From Actinomycetota bacterium (GTDB lineage Bacteria; Actinomycetota; Acidimicrobiia; Acidimicrobiales; JAJPHD01), in the NCBI GenBank assembly GCA_021325455.1, contig JAJPHD010000026.1, positions 400,387 through 464,386 on the forward strand: a DNA stretch of 64,000 nucleotides. The letters run 5' to 3'. Under the pieces are notes generated by a model that was given only the letters and a program-made list of their open reading frames with translations, ran no database searches and had not been told where the DNA came from. Numbering within the stretch: the stretch's first letter is position 1; every line of letters begins with the position of its first letter. A program made the position numbers and the translations under genes. This document shows, one piece after another, positions 1 to 10,700 of the stretch.

Positions 1-1508
1 AGCAAACCCTGGTCGACCTGTCCCGCATCGACTACTCGGACCGCGCCGTCTACGACCGCATCCACAGGGCGGACACTGTCGGGGTCTTCCAGATCGAGTC
101 CCGGGCCCAGGCCGCCATCTTGACCAAGACCCGCCCGGCCAACTTGGACGACCTGGCCGCCCAGGTGGCCATCATCCGTCCCGGCCCCATCGTGGGTGGT
201 GCCGTCCATCCCTACGTGTCCCGCCGGCAGGCCCTGCGGTCAGCCCTGGAGGCAGGCCAGCCCCCTCCTCCGGTCGAGCTGCCCCATCCCTGCCTGGCCG
301 AGGCCCTCTCCGAGACCCTGGGGGTGGTCCTCTACCAGGAGCAGGTCCTCCAGGTCGCCATGGCCATGGGCGGCTTCACCTCCGGGGAGGCAGAAGCCTT
401 CCGGAGGGCCATGGGCAGGCGCGACGCCAAGGAGGCCATGGACGCCCATCGCCGGCGCTTCCTGGAAGGCGCCGGTCAAAGGGGCGTCCCCGCCCGGGTG
501 GGCGAAGAGGTCTTTGCCACCCTGTGCGGTTTCGCCGAGTTCGGCTTCCCGAAGAGCCATGCCACGGCCTTCGCCCTCCTCGCCTACCAGTCGGCCTGGC
601 TGAAGGAGCACCACCCGGCCGCCTTCTACTGCGCTCTGCTCAACAACTGGCCCATGGGCTTCTACCCTCCCCACGTGCTGGCCGGCGATGCCCGCCGCCA
701 CGGCGTGCCCCTGCGCCGGCCCCACATCAATGCCAGCGGAGCGGCCTGCACGCTGGAGGGCGGGGCCGTGCGTCTGGGCCTCTCCTGGATCAAGGGGCTG
801 TCGTTGGCCGGTGCCGAGGAGGTAGTGGCCGAGCGGAACCAAGGTGGCCCGTTCCGATCCCCCCACGACCTCCTCCAGCGGACGAGCCTGTCCCGCGAGG
901 CCCTGGAGAGCGCCGCCGGGGTGGGGGCGCTGGACGGCTTCGGCGGCAACCGCAGGGAGCTGCTGTGGCAGCTGGGGCTCGTCGAGATGGCATCGGGTGC
1001 TCGATCGGGCCGTCCTCGTACCGGCCGTGCCCGCCAGCTCACCCTCCCCCTGCCTACTCTCCAGGACGAGGTGGCCCTGCCCGACCTCACCCGGTGGCAG
1101 CGCCTGGCTACCGACTACGAGGTGCTCGGCCTGTCCCCCTCGGACCACCCCCTCGGCCTCCTGCGCCCCGATCTGCCTCCCCAGGTCAGTTCCTCGGCCC
1201 AGCTGAGGGCCCACCGGCAGGGCTCGGCCGTTGAGACCGCCGGCCTGGTCGTGTGCCGTCAGCGGCCAGGGACCGCCAAGGGCGTGGTCTTCCTGCTCCT
1301 CGAGGACGAGCACGGGATGGTGAGCGTCATGGTCTCCGCCAGCCTGTACGAGGCCTGCCGCACGGTGGTGCGCACCAGCCCGTTCCTCCTCGTGGAAGGG
1401 GTGGTGGAGGGCCATGCCGGCGAGGTGGCCCAGCTGAGGGCCCGCCGCCTCCGCCCTCTGCGGCTGGCCTCCTCCCTGTCCGCCCCCGAAGCTCGCAGCT
1501 GGGCGTGA
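1..1508 (+). CDS. dnaE2: Error-prone DNA polymerase III alpha subunit DnaE2 (ImuC), C-terminal part; 5' end lies outside the window
   Basis: The reading frame is open from the window edge. It contains the GVFQIESRAQ motif and VHPYVSRRQ (DnaE2-type). An OB-fold-like segment GLVVCRQRPGTAKGVVFLLLEDEHGMVSV lies near the C-terminus. Confidence 0.85.
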   Translation, partial: QTLVDLSRIDYSDRAVYDRIHRADTVGVFQIESRAQAAILTKTRPANLDDLAAQVAIIRPGPIVGGAVHPYVSRRQALRSALEAGQPPPPVELPHPCLAEALSETLGVVLYQEQVLQVAMAMGGFTSGEAEAFRRAMGRRDAKEAMDAHRRRFLEGAGQRGVPARVGEEVFATLCGFAEFGFPKSHATAFALLAYQSAWLKEHHPAAFYCALLNNWPMGFYPPHVLAGDARRHGVPLRRPHINASGAACTLEGGAVRLGLSWIKGLSLAGAEEVVAERNQGGPFRSPHDLLQRTSLSREALESAAGVGALDGFGGNRRELLWQLGLVEMASGARSGRPRTGRARQLTLPLPTLQDEVALPDLTRWQRLATDYEVLGLSPSDHPLGLLRPDLPPQVSSSAQLRAHRQGSAVETAGLVVCRQRPGTAKGVVFLLLEDEHGMVSVMVSASLYEACRTVVRTSPFLLVEGVVEGHAGEVAQLRARRLRPLRLASSLSAPEARSWA

Positions 1509-1557
1509 CAAGGCCCACCGGACACTCTTCCCCGGACTGGGCGGCTAGAAATTCCCC

Positions 1558-2103
1558 GTGCCACCCCCCCGGTCAGGGTCATCAGCTCCTGCCAGCCCCG
1601 AGCCGAGCCCGGGGCCCGGCCGCGTAGCAGGTCTCTACCGCGCCCCGGCCGCCGGCCAGCCCCTGGAGGAGCTGGAGGAGGCCTGGCTCGTCGCCGGCCA
1701 GGGCATCGCCGGCGACCGCTACGCCCTGGGGTCCGGGCACTGGTCCTCCTGGCCCGACCCCACCGGCAAGGCCCTGACCCTCGTCGCCGCCGAGGTCCTG
1801 GAGGAGACGGGGCTCAGCCCCCGGGAGGCCCGCCGCAACGTCGTCACCTCCGGCGTGGACCTGGCCTCCCTGGTGGGCAAGACCTTCCTCCTCGGCCCCG
1901 TCGTGTGCCGCGGCGTCCGGCCCTGCCTGCCCTGCCGCTACCTGGAGGCCCGGACCCGTCCCGGCCTAAGGGGACTGCTGGCCGGAGAGCGGGGGGGCCT
2001 CCGCTGCGACGTGCTCACCGGAGGCCGCCTGAGGAGGGGCGATCCGGTTAGGGCCCGCCCTTCATCCCCGGCCTCGCTGCCCATGGGGACCGCGCCCGGG
2101 TGA
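1558..2103 (+). CDS. MOSC domain-containing protein
   Basis: Segments GDRYALGSGHW, RRNVVTSGVDL and VVCRGVRPCLPCRYLE resemble the MOSC beta-barrel with its conserved Cys. The GTG start at 1558 is uncertain. Confidence 0.7.
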   Translation: MPPPRSGSSAPASPEPSPGPGRVAGLYRAPAAGQPLEELEEAWLVAGQGIAGDRYALGSGHWSSWPDPTGKALTLVAAEVLEETGLSPREARRNVVTSGVDLASLVGKTFLLGPVVCRGVRPCLPCRYLEARTRPGLRGLLAGERGGLRCDVLTGGRLRRGDPVRARPSSPASLPMGTAPG

Positions 2104-2113
2104 GGGCCCGAGC

Positions 2114-2827
2114 CTAAGCCTGGTAGCGGTAGCCGACGCCCCGCACGGTGAGCACCCGGGAGGGCCGGGCGGGGTCGTCCTCGATCTTGGCCCGGAGGCG
2201 GCCTATGTGCACCCGTACCGTCCTCTCGTCGGTGCCCCGCCGGGGCCCCCAGACGTGGCTCAGGAGCTGGCCCGCGCTGAGCACCCGCCCCCGGTTGACC
2301 AGGAGGTACTCGAGGACGCCGAACTCCTTTAGCGAGAGGCTGACCTGGCGCTCCCCGATCCGGACCCGGTGCCCCTCGGGGTCGAGAACCAGGTCCCCCG
2401 CCACCAGCACGCCCCCCCCTGCCCCCGGATCGGGAGCCGGGCGCCGGCGCAGCAGCGCCCGGACCCTCGCCACGAGCTCGTGGCGGCGCTCGGGGTGGGC
2501 CAGGTGGTCGTCGGCCCCGGCCTCCAGGCAGGCCACCACCTCCCCCTCCGACGAGCAGGACGACACGGCCAGGATGGGCACATCCGCCCGCCTGCGTACC
2601 TCCCGGCACGTGTCCAGCGCCACTCGGTCCACCGGCCCCACGTCCACCACCACCAGGTCCGGCCCTCCGGCCCGGAGCCTGGCCAGAGCGTCGGGTGACG
2701 CCCAGGGGCCGTCCACCCCGTAGCCCTCGGCGGCCAGGGCTGCCCCCAGCTCGGCGCCCAGGGCCTCTCTGCCCGTCACCACCAGCACCCGGGGGGACAG
2801 GGGACCCGGAGCAGGGGCCGCCCTCAT
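2114..2827 (-). CDS. OmpR/PhoB-family response regulator with a non-canonical receiver domain
   Basis: The C-terminal winged helix is clear (LSLKEFGVLEYLL, TVRVHIGRLRAKIE, TVRGVGYRY). The receiver keeps the Asp in DLVVVDVG. The acidic pair is replaced (VLVVTGRE) and the conserved Lys is His (GADDHLAHP). The gene starts 49 nt after the pstA stop on the same strand. Confidence 0.85.
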   Translation of the reverse strand: MRAAPAPGPLSPRVLVVTGREALGAELGAALAAEGYGVDGPWASPDALARLRAGGPDLVVVDVGPVDRVALDTCREVRRRADVPILAVSSCSSEGEVVACLEAGADDHLAHPERRHELVARVRALLRRRPAPDPGAGGGVLVAGDLVLDPEGHRVRIGERQVSLSLKEFGVLEYLLVNRGRVLSAGQLLSHVWGPRRGTDERTVRVHIGRLRAKIEDDPARPSRVLTVRGVGYRYQA

Positions 2828-2875
2828 GGCGTGGTCCAGGGCCTGTGGTGGCGGCCCGGCGCCCGGAGCCAGGGC

Positions 2876-3814
2876 TCAGCCTCGCGCCGGCTCGGCATGG
2901 CGCTGGGTGAGGCCGATCACCAACCGGGAGACGGCGATCAGCAACATCACCAAGACGATGAGGAGCAGGGCCGCGTCGTAGGAGAGCTGGACCTCGGCCC
3001 GGGACGGAAGGTTGAAGAAGGTCCAGACCACGTCGGTCAGGTAACCGACGGAATGGTGCGTGAGGTGGAGGGTGGGCAGGGCGTCGGAGTAGTTGGCGGT
3101 GTAGAGGAGAGGGGCGGTCTCCCCGGCTGCGACCGCCAGCGCCACGATGAGCCCGGTGGTGATGCCCGGCAGGGCGGTGCGCAGTACTACCCGGCGCAGC
3201 GCATAGCCGGGCGGCATGCCCAGGGCCTCAGCCCCCTCCCGGTAGGAGGTAGGGACCTGGCGCAGGGCGACCTCGGTGGACTTGGCCACGTAGGGGACCA
3301 CGAAGACCGCCAGCACGAGGACGCCGGCGAGCAGCGAGTAGCCCCAGTGGAAGCCGACCACGAGGGCGATGTAGCCCACGTAGCCGAGCACGATGGAGGG
3401 GATGCCCGCCAGCACCTCGGAAGCCCCCCGCAACAGGTCCCCGACGCGGCCCCGGGCCTGCTCGGCCAGGTGGATCCCCGACAGAACCCCGATGGAGCCG
3501 GCCACCAGTGTGACCCCGGCCATGATGAGGAGGGTCCCGAGGACGGCGTTCTCGAGGCCTCCCGAGGGCAGGGCCAGCGTGGGCCGGTCCCCCGGGGTGG
3601 TGAGCACCGACCAGTGCCAGTGGGGGGCGGCCCGGTACACCACGCCGGCGACGATCCACACCGCTGGGGCCAGGATGACGACCAGGGCCAGCCCGGCCAG
3701 GGCCCAGGCCAGCCTGTTAGCCACCCTTCGCCGCCAACCGGGGCTCCCCTGGAGGGGCGGCAGAGCCGGGAGCGGGGTCCCTTCGCCGGCCGGCGCGCCC
3801 ACCATCCTCGCCAT
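2876..3814 (-). CDS. pstA: Phosphate ABC transporter permease PstA
   Basis: This is the C-terminal 312 aa of the 886-aa track ORF. It is multi-TM, with an EAA-like loop YREGAEALGMPPGYALRRVVL. The ATG at 3814 overlaps the pstC TGA by 1 nt. Confidence 0.9.
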   Translation of the reverse strand: MARMVGAPAGEGTPLPALPPLQGSPGWRRRVANRLAWALAGLALVVILAPAVWIVAGVVYRAAPHWHWSVLTTPGDRPTLALPSGGLENAVLGTLLIMAGVTLVAGSIGVLSGIHLAEQARGRVGDLLRGASEVLAGIPSIVLGYVGYIALVVGFHWGYSLLAGVLVLAVFVVPYVAKSTEVALRQVPTSYREGAEALGMPPGYALRRVVLRTALPGITTGLIVALAVAAGETAPLLYTANYSDALPTLHLTHHSVGYLTDVVWTFFNLPSRAEVQLSYDAALLLIVLVMLLIAVSRLVIGLTQRHAEPARG

Positions 3815-5016
3815 CAGACACCTCGGCCCACGGGGAGCCCGCTCGTCGCCACCCGGCGGACGAGGATGCGGGCGCCCACGTTGGCCAGCAACGTGATCAC
3901 CATCAGCACCAGAGCGGCCTCCGCCAGCGAGCTCACGGCGAAGCCGGTGGCATCCGTCAAGGCGGAGTCCAGCTGGGAGACGATGGTGGCGGCGATTGTC
4001 GTGAAGGTGGCATAGATGCTGGAGGGAAGCGTCCCCACCACCGCCCCCGAGACCATGGCCACAGCCATCGTCTCGCCGAGGGCCCGGGCCAGCCCGAGCA
4101 CCGACGCCCCCACGATCCCCGAGGCGACCCACGGCAGGGTCACCCTCCGGCTGACCTCCCAGTCCGACATGCCGAGCGCCGTGGCGCCCTCCTTGGGGAG
4201 GGCGGGAACCTGGCGCAACAGGTCCCTCGTGGTGGCGGCCACGATGGGAACGACCATGATGGCGAGGACGATGCCCGAGGTGAGCAGCCCCTCGCCGTGC
4301 CCCACGTTGCCCTTGAACCACGACAGCACCGGCACATCGGGGAGATGCCCGGCGATGAAGGGCGAGACGTGGTTGGCGAGCAGAGGGCCGAGCGTGACCA
4401 CTCCCCACAGGCCGTAGACCACCGAGGGGATGCCGGCCAGCACCTCGAGGAAGAAGCCCACCCCGCCGGAAAGGCGCTGGGGCAGCCTCTCGACGATGGT
4501 GAGGGCCGCTCCGACCGACAGGGGGACGGCCAGCACCAGTGCTATGGCCGAGGAGAGGAGCGTGCCCACGATGAGTGAGAGGGCCCCGTAACTCGCTCCT
4601 TCGGGATGCAGCACCCCGCCGGCGTGGGACACCCCGCCGTAGAAGTTGCCGGGGTCCCAGGCCAGCCGGGTGAGGAAACCGGGCCCATTCAGCCTGATGG
4701 CCGGGACGGCCTCGTAGACGAGGGTGGCCAGGATGAACACCAGGGCCAGCAAAGGGACAGTGGCTGCCGACGCCCCCAGCCCCTTCAGCCCCGCACCGCT
4801 CCCTCGCCGGCCCCTCCGGGGCAGGAGGCGGGCCCGCTCCATCAGGGTCGTCCCCGCTCCAGGGAGCCTCGAGCCCCTCGAGGGGCCGTTGGCCCAGGCC
4901 GGTTGCAGGGCCACCCGGGTGCCCCCCTCGGGCCCAGGGCCCGGCGCTGAGCCGTTCCCCCCCGGCGCCGGCAGCCCCTCGGGGCCGGCCGCCGGCTCGG
5001 GCCTGTTGCTCGCCAC
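3814..5016 (-). CDS. pstC: Phosphate ABC transporter permease PstC
   Basis: Multi-TM permease with the loop [22 protein letters not shown]. The GTG start at 5016 lies 10 nt after the pstS stop and follows a GGGGG SD-like run. The N-terminal about 60 aa are low complexity, so the start is uncertain. Confidence 0.88.
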   Translation of the reverse strand: MASNRPEPAAGPEGLPAPGGNGSAPGPGPEGGTRVALQPAWANGPSRGSRLPGAGTTLMERARLLPRRGRRGSGAGLKGLGASAATVPLLALVFILATLVYEAVPAIRLNGPGFLTRLAWDPGNFYGGVSHAGGVLHPEGASYGALSLIVGTLLSSAIALVLAVPLSVGAALTIVERLPQRLSGGVGFFLEVLAGIPSVVYGLWGVVTLGPLLANHVSPFIAGHLPDVPVLSWFKGNVGHGEGLLTSGIVLAIMVVPIVAATTRDLLRQVPALPKEGATALGMSDWEVSRRVTLPWVASGIVGASVLGLARALGETMAVAMVSGAVVGTLPSSIYATFTTIAATIVSQLDSALTDATGFAVSSLAEAALVLMVITLLANVGARILVRRVATSGLPVGRGV

Positions 5017-5025
5017 CGCTACCCC

Positions 5026-6189
5026 CTACTTGATCTTGGCGATCTGGGCCCGCGACAGCCTCACCACCGAGGACGGCAGGGGCTGGAACCCCACCTTGTC
5101 GAGGAAGCGGGGGGAGCTGCCCTCGGCCGGGTTGCTGGCCCAGGTGAGGAAGGAGCGGATGGCGGAAGCCACGGCAGCACCTGACTGGCTGGTCCTCACG
5201 ACAGCGTACTCGTAGTTGATGATGGGATAGCCGTCGGGGGCCGGGCCGTATATCAGCGAGATGGCCTCGTTGGAAGGCGTCTTCGAGGCGAAGCCTCTGG
5301 CCTCGGCCACGATCGTGGTGGGGCCGGGCAAGAGGTAGCGCCCCGACCTGTTCTGGAGGAGCGCCTCGCCGAGGCCCGCCGCGTCGGTCTGGGCCTTGTA
5401 CGAGATCCCGATGTAGGCGATGCAGCCCGGGGTGTGCGAGCAGCCGGTGACCATCCCGCCGTTCCCGTTCTCGGCCAGGGCACCGGCCAGGGCGGGGCCG
5501 GGATAGGAGGTGTTGTAGTGATAGGTGGCCCCCCACCCTCTCGGGTTGGACTTGGACAGGTACTGGGTGAAGAGGAAGGTGTCACCGCTGGCGTCCGAGC
5601 GGTGCAACGGGACGATCTTGGTGGCAGGCAGGTGGGCGCCGGGGTTCAGGGCCGCTATGGCCTTGTCGTCCCAGCGGGTGATCTTGCCCTCGTAGATCCC
5701 CTGGAGCACTTGGCCGTTCAGCTTCAGGTGCCGGGGGCCTCCCGGCAGGTTGTAGTTGATCATCTGGGCCGAGATGGCAAGGGGAATGTTCTCCACCCCC
5801 GGATGGCTGGCCATGTCGGCGGGGGACAAATAGGCGTCGGAAGCTCCTATGTCCAAGGTGCCGGCGATGGCGCCCGATATGCCCTTGCCCGATCCCCCGG
5901 CCGCCGGGTCGATCGTGACCTCGGGGTCGACGCGGTGGTAGGCGGGCGCCCAGATCTGGAACAGCGGGTAGAGCAGGCTGCTCCCCGCCTCGGTGAGGGC
6001 CACCTGGCCCTTACCACCGCTGGACGCCCCCGACCCGCCAGAGGCGCTGTCCGCCGTGCTTGCCGGGGTGGGGCCCGCCGACGCCGAGGTGGTGGGCGAC
6101 GCTGATGTCGAGGAGCCGCCGCAGGCCGTGAGGGCCAGGCCGGCTGAGCTCACGAGAGCGAAGGGCAGGGCGAGCTTGCGGAGTCGCAT
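5026..6189 (-). CDS. pstS: Phosphate-binding lipoprotein PstS
   Basis: Signal peptide MRLRKLALPFALVSSAGLALTAC carries a lipobox. The body is PBP-like (GSSLLYPL, GGSGKGI, ASDA). The ATG at 6189 is preceded by AAGGAGAG. Confidence 0.9.
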   Translation of the reverse strand: MRLRKLALPFALVSSAGLALTACGGSSTSASPTTSASAGPTPASTADSASGGSGASSGGKGQVALTEAGSSLLYPLFQIWAPAYHRVDPEVTIDPAAGGSGKGISGAIAGTLDIGASDAYLSPADMASHPGVENIPLAISAQMINYNLPGGPRHLKLNGQVLQGIYEGKITRWDDKAIAALNPGAHLPATKIVPLHRSDASGDTFLFTQYLSKSNPRGWGATYHYNTSYPGPALAGALAENGNGGMVTGCSHTPGCIAYIGISYKAQTDAAGLGEALLQNRSGRYLLPGPTTIVAEARGFASKTPSNEAISLIYGPAPDGYPIINYEYAVVRTSQSGAAVASAIRSFLTWASNPAEGSSPRFLDKVGFQPLPSSVVRLSRAQIAKIK

Positions 6190-6238
6190 GGTCGTGGATC
6201 TCTCCTTGATTGGGCAGACGGTGGGCGGCACAACCGGT

Positions 6239-7108
6239 TCAGCCGATGCGGCCGGTCACGTAACGCGAGGTCTCCTCGGCCGACGGATCGCCGAAGACCC
6301 TTGCCGTGGGGCCGTGCTCCACCAGCCGGCCTTGGTTGAAGAAGGCGGTGAAGTGGGCGATCCGCTTGGCCTGGGCCAGGTTGTGGGTGACGACGATCAC
6401 CGTGATGGCGGGTGTCAGGCGGCGCAACAGGTCCTCCACCGCCTCCACCGTGACCGGGTCGAGCGAGGAGGTGGGCTCGTCCAGGAGCAGGATGTCGGGG
6501 CCGATGGCCAGGGCCCGGGCCAGGCACAGCAACTGCTGCTGGCCGCCCGAGAGGCGGAAGGGCGACTCGTTCAGCCGGTGGGCCAGGGCGCCCCACAGCC
6601 CGACCTCGCGCAGGCGGGCCTCGGCGATGCGCCGGCGCCCGGCCCTGTCGGCCAGGCCGTGGGCCCGCACGCCCGCCACCACGTTCTCCATGATCGAGAG
6701 GGGGAAGGGGTTGGGGCGCTGGAAGACCATGCCCACCCGCCGGCGCAAGGCCATGAGCTGGACCCCCGGGGCAAAGATGCTCTGCCCGTCCAGCTCCACC
6801 TCCCCTTTGCGGTAATAGCCCGGGACTCGGTCGTTCATGCGGTTGAGGGTGCGCAGGAAGGTCGACTTCCCCGAGCCGGTGGGCCCGATGAGAGCGGTGA
6901 TGGTCCCCCGGGGAAAGACCAGGTCGACTCCGGTCAGGACCGGGTCACCCTTGAACCCGACCGTGAGCCCACGGATGCGCAGGACGTGGTGCCTGGAGGC
7001 CCCGGGTTGGCGCCCGTCCGCCGGGGCTGCCTCCTCGAGGGCAGACCCCATGGCGAGACGGTGAGCTTGGACCCGGCTCCCCTCGTGCTGGTGGGTTGCT
7101 GCTCGCAT
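6239..7108 (-). CDS. pstB: Phosphate ABC transporter ATP-binding protein PstB
   Basis: Walker A GPTGSGKST, signature LSGGQQQ, Walker B ILLLDEP and VTHN are all present. ATG 7108 was chosen; an alternative in-frame ATG lies at 7051. The upstream ORF extension to 7636 is antisense to the NUDIX gene. Confidence 0.9.
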   Translation of the reverse strand: MRAATHQHEGSRVQAHRLAMGSALEEAAPADGRQPGASRHHVLRIRGLTVGFKGDPVLTGVDLVFPRGTITALIGPTGSGKSTFLRTLNRMNDRVPGYYRKGEVELDGQSIFAPGVQLMALRRRVGMVFQRPNPFPLSIMENVVAGVRAHGLADRAGRRRIAEARLREVGLWGALAHRLNESPFRLSGGQQQLLCLARALAIGPDILLLDEPTSSLDPVTVEAVEDLLRRLTPAITVIVVTHNLAQAKRIAHFTAFFNQGRLVEHGPTARVFGDPSAEETSRYVTGRIG

Positions 7109-7120
7109 GCCAGTCAAGGT

Positions 7121-7148
7121 ACGGAAGCTGTGTAAAGGCAAAGTGAAC
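7121..7148 (-). promoter_or_regulatory. Candidate PHO-box-like direct repeats and promoter directly upstream of pstB
   Basis: On the minus strand the hexamers GTTCAC, CTTTAC and TTCCGT recur with 11-nt periodicity in a locally AT-richer patch. A TACCTT -10-like hexamer lies 7 nt before ATG 7108, which suggests a leaderless transcript. Confidence 0.3.
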
Positions 7149-7304
7149 GCGCACCGACCGAGAGGAGAAGACCTGACTAATTCTCCCGTGCAGGTTTCTC
7201 CCGCCCGGGGAAGGCCCCCGGCCCCTGGCATGCAGGGGCGGGGCCCAGGCTGGGTCCCCCGGCTCCGGGCTCCCCGGCAGCCGCCTCCCGCCATGGCCCC
7301 CGGG

Positions 7305-7715
7305 CTACTGGCGGGAAGGCTCCCCGAGCATCCTCTCCAGGGCGTCCAGTACCGCCTGGTCGGCGGAATAGGTGAGCCGGGCCCTGGCCTCGGGGAGGGC
7401 CAGCCAGTCCACCTGGTCGATCTCGTGGTCGGGCTCGTGCCGCCCCACGAGCTCTGGCTCCATGGCCCAGTAGCGCACGACCTTGCGCCTGCCGTCACGG
7501 TCGAGGTACCGGACCGTGGCCAGCTCCCGGCCCAACCGGCCCCGCACCCCCGTCTCCTCCTCCACCTCGCGCACGGCTGCCTCCCTGTCCGCCTCCCCGG
7601 GCTCGGCCTTGCCCTTGGGCAGGGACCAGTCGTCATGGCCCGGCCGGTGGACGAGCACCACCTCCACGGTCCCGTCAGCCCGCTGCCGCCACACGGCCCC
7701 GCCCGCCGCCCGCAT
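7305..7715 (-). CDS. NUDIX hydrolase
   Basis: The complete Nudix box is present: GKAEPGEADREAAVREVEEETGV. Start is ATG 7715 (alternative GTG 7727). It is divergent from the tricorn gene, 66 nt away. Confidence 0.85.
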   Translation of the reverse strand: MRAAGGAVWRQRADGTVEVVLVHRPGHDDWSLPKGKAEPGEADREAAVREVEEETGVRGRLGRELATVRYLDRDGRRKVVRYWAMEPELVGRHEPDHEIDQVDWLALPEARARLTYSADQAVLDALERMLGEPSRQ

Positions 7716-7781
7716 CTCGGCGCTCACCGGGTGGAGCTTACCGCCGGGCCCGCGGGGCGGCGGGCCGGTAGCGTCGGGGCA

Positions 7782-10700
7782 ATGACCGCCCCCGCCGCCT
7801 ACCTCCGCTACCCGGCCATCCATGGCGACCAGGTGATCTTCGTCACCGAGGACGACCTGTGGACGGTGCACGCCGAGGGAGGTGAGGCCCGCCGGCTCAC
7901 CGCCGACCTGCTCCAGGTCGGCCGCCCCGCCCTCTCTCCCGACGGCAGGCTGGTGGCCTTCACCAGCGAGGCCGGCGGCCAGCCCGACGTCTACGTCATG
8001 CCCGCGGCCGGGGGTGAGGCCCGCCGCCTCACCTGGCTGGGCGAGGGCGCCGTTCTCGGATGGTCCCCCGACGGGCGCATCGTCATGGCCAGCGCCGCCG
8101 GGCAGGCCTTCGGGTCCCTCACCATGGCCTACGCCCTCCGTCCCGACCCGGCCCCCGGCACAGCCCCGGAGCCCCTGCCCTACGGCCCGGTGGGGGCGGT
8201 CTCCTACGGGCCCCGCGGCGGGGTCGTCATAGGGCGCAACACTGCCGACCCCGCTCGGTGGAAGCGCTACCGGGGCGGTACGGCCGGAGCCCTCTGGGTA
8301 GACCCGGCCGGCACCGGCGACTGGCGGCCGCTGCTCGGCTCGGCCGGCAGCGACGGCCAGCCGGGAAGCGACCCCTTCCCGGGCAACCTGGCCTGCCCGA
8401 TGTGGATCGGCGAGCGCATCTGGTTCCTCTCCGACCACGAGGGCATCGGGAACCTCTACTCCTGCCACCCTGATGGCACCGACCTCCGCCGTCACACCGA
8501 CCACGACGAGCACTACGCCCGCTGGGCGTCCACCGACGGCACCCGCGTCGTCTACCAGGTGGCGGCCCAGCTGTGGCTGATGGACCCCGGCGCAGGGGAG
8601 CCTCGTCCCCTCCGGGTGGAGGTGCGCAGCCCGAGGACCCAACGCCGGCGCCGCTTCGTGGACACCGACCACAACCTGGGAGGGTGGACGCTGGACAGGA
8701 CGGGTGAGCGCCTGGCCCTCGACGTCCGGGGGAAGCTGGTCAGCCTAGGCACCTGGGAAGGAGCCGTCCGCCAGCACGGCCGTGCCCAAGGGGTCCGCTA
8801 CCGCCTGGCCCGCTTCGCCGGGGACCAGGATCTGGTGAGCGTGAGCGACGAGGGCGGGGAGGAGGGGGTGGAGGTCCATCCCCTGGAGGACGGGCCTGTC
8901 CCTTCCCGCCTGCCGGTGCCCGAGGTGGGCCGGGTGGTGGAGCTGGTCCCTTCGCCCGATGGCCGCCGCCTGGCCATCACCAACCACCGCAACCAGCTGC
9001 TGGTGGTGGACCGCGACACCACCGCCACCAGGGTGCTGGACGAGCCGGGGGCGGGCCGGCCGGGAGAGCCCGCCTGGTCGCCCGATGGCCGGTACCTGGC
9101 CTGGGCCTCACCCGCCACGGAGCACGCCAGGAACATCCGCCTGGCCGACCTGGAGGACGAGTCCGGGCACGTCCACGACGTGACCCCTCCCCGGTTCCAC
9201 GACTCCTGCCCCACCTTCGACCCTGAAGGGCGGTGGCTGGGCTTCCTCTCCCACCGCACCTTCGACCCGGTGTACGACAACCTGCTCTTCGACATGGGCT
9301 TTCCCAAAGGGGTGCGCCCCTACCTGGTGACCCTGCACGCCGAGGACCCGTCTCCCTTCCTCGTGAAGCCCAAGCCGGCTGAAGGAGGTGACGAGGCCAA
9401 GGACGCCAAGGAGCAGGGGGCCCCGTCGCCGGTGCGCATAGACCTCGACGGTCTGGCCGGCAGGGCAGTCCCCTTCCCCGTACCCGAGGCCCGCTACGAG
9501 CAGCTGGCCCTCATCCCGGGGAGCAAGGCCCTCCTCCTCTCCCGGCCCATAGAGGGCGCCCTGTCCGGCGAGGTGTTCGCCACCAGTTCGCCCCCCAACG
9601 GGAACATCGAGGTCTACGACCTCGCCGAGGGCAAGCACGAGGACCTGGTCCACGACGTCGAGGGCTTCACCCTGAGCACCGACGGCCGCCGCATGGCCTA
9701 CGCCACCCGTTCGGAGGACGGCACCCAGCACCTGAGGGTGCTGGAGTCAGCCACCAAGCCCCCGGAGGGCTCCGAGCAGGACCCCGCCGGCAAGGCCAGC
9801 GGGTGGGTGGACCTGGGCCGGGTCAGGGTGGAGGTGGACCCCGGGGCCGAATGGTCCCAGATGCTCACGGAGGCCTGGCGCCTCCAGCGGGAGCAGTTCT
9901 GGGCGCCCGACCTGTCCGGAGTGGACTGGGACCGGGTGCTCGAGCGCTACCTGCCCCTGGTCGAGCTGGTGGCAACCCGGGCCGAGCTGTCCGACCTGAT
10001 ATGGGAGATGCAGGGGGAGCTGGGCACCTCCCACTGCTACGAGATCGGGGGCGACTACCGCCCCGCCCCTCGCTGGGGGGTGGCGCGCCTCGGGGCCGAC
10101 CTGGCCTGGGACCCCGAGGGCCAGTGCTGGCGGGTGTCCCACCTGGTCCGGGGGGAGACCTGGGAGCCGGCCGAGGCACCCCCCCTGGCCGGCCCCGGGG
10201 TGGGCGTGGGGCCGGGCACAGCCGTGCTCGCCGTCAACGGCCAGCCCGTCCCGGCCGAGTGGGGGCCCGGGCCCCTCCTCACCAACCAGTCCGGGCAGCC
10301 CGTCGAGCTGACCGTGCAGGACGAGGGGGCCCGTTCCCCCCGGCGGGTGCTCGTGCCCACCCTCACCGACGAGCGGCCCCTGCGCTACCGAGAGTGGGTG
10401 GAGGCGAACCGGGAGCGGGTGCACGAGGAGACGGCCGGGCGGGCCGGCTACGTGCACATCCCCGACATGATGGCCAGGGGCTTCGCCGAGTTCCACCGGG
10501 GGTACCGCAACGCGGTGGAAAGGGACGCCCTCGTCATAGACGCCCGCTACAACCAGGGCGGCCACGTCTCGGGCCTCTTGCTCGAGAAGCTGGCCCGCCG
10601 GCGCATCGGCTACGACGTGGTGCGCTGGGGTCCCCTGCTGCCCTACCCGGGCGACTCCCCTGCCGGCCCCCTCGTTCTCCTCACCAACGAGTGGGCCGGC

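Noticed and set aside
3815-5536. N-terminal extensions of real genes in the track. Examples: pstA ORF to 5536, pstB ORF to 7636, tricorn ORF from 7107, folE ORF to 48869, GGDEF-EAL ORF to 62896, LLM ORF from 16313.
   Set aside because: The extensions overlap neighbouring well-supported genes and are low complexity. Internal starts restore canonical N-termini, often with an SD or a start/stop overlap.
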